This document shows positions 43,909 through 44,035 of a stretch of DNA of 44,035 bases, piece by piece (the first letter of the stretch is position 1; every line of letters begins with the position of its first letter). The notes under the pieces are model-generated. The model saw nothing but the letters and a program-made list of their open reading frames with translations. It was not told the DNA's origin and searched no databases. The DNA is from a phage. The stretch is from the sequence record PZ179884.1, one strand, 5' to 3'. Made by a program: the position numbers and the translations under genes.

Positions 43909-44035
43909 ATGGGCTTTTTCAAAGTAACTGATGTACCGTCACGTCGCGTAGTCCAGTACGCCCGCGTGTCTGGCTCCGGTGAGAACGTGGTATTTATCGA
44001 GGATGAAAGTGTACTCGGCACGCCAGTAGACGATA
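43909..44035 (+). CDS. 5' part of the Ig-like head protein gene (same gene as 1-459; duplicate copy)
   Basis: Identical to 1-127; ATG follows the stop of the head morphogenesis gene. Confidence 0.6.
   Translation, partial: MGFFKVTDVPSRRVVQYARVSGSGENVVFIEDESVLGTPVDD

Noticed and set aside
1-44035. CRISPR array or direct-repeat/spacer structure
   Set aside because: Recurrent motifs are promoter and terminator families at irregular intergenic positions, not regularly spaced repeats.
1-44035. Integrase, excisionase with att site, or lysogeny module
   Set aside because: No tyrosine or serine recombinase signature seen; the AlpA-like and Cro-like HTH genes are isolated regulators, so the phage is treated as virulent.

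Overview
The window looks like one complete genome of a virulent enterobacterial siphovirus, with a unit length of about 43,908 bp; bases 1-127 are repeated exactly at 43909-44035, so the window wraps around a circularly permuted or terminally redundant genome. Gene content resembles Jersey-like / T1-like phages, but this is a tentative assignment from memory, not a search result. No integrase, tRNA or CRISPR array was found. All protein calls are motif-level readings by eye; no database or structure search was run.

Layout:
- Late plus-strand module (37433-44035, continuing 1-8035): small subunit terminase, large terminase, portal, head morphogenesis protein, Ig-like head proteins, Rz/Rz1-like spanin pair, scaffold, major capsid, head-tail joining genes, major tail protein.
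- Tail module (9979-19851): chaperone with a candidate -1 frameshift, tape measure, minor tail proteins, tail tip, tailspike.
- Minus-strand replication module (19880-32437): SNF2 helicase, compact cytosine-C5 methyltransferase, VRR-NUC, family A DNA polymerase, DUF2815-like ssDNA-binding protein, DUF2800 nuclease, primase-helicase, AlpA-like regulator.
- Plus-strand early-right operon of small genes (32919-35988) ending in an HslV-like Ntn-hydrolase, then holin / second holin / GH24 endolysin (36048-37084).

Most interesting observations:
- A truncated beta sliding clamp (DnaN) homolog (488-1009) on its own promoter and terminator, antisense inside the head module.
- A three-gene antisense island inside the tail module (8065-9871) encoding a secreted protein and an HTH-fused metallophosphoesterase.
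- An HslV/proteasome-beta-like protein (35548-35988).
- Two promoter families with near-identical 17-nt spacers (class A, 3 copies; class B, 4 strong copies plus one weak).
- Two promoter-to-terminator noncoding transcription units (32535-32790 and 37248-37347), the second with a CU-rich anti-Shine-Dalgarno-like body.
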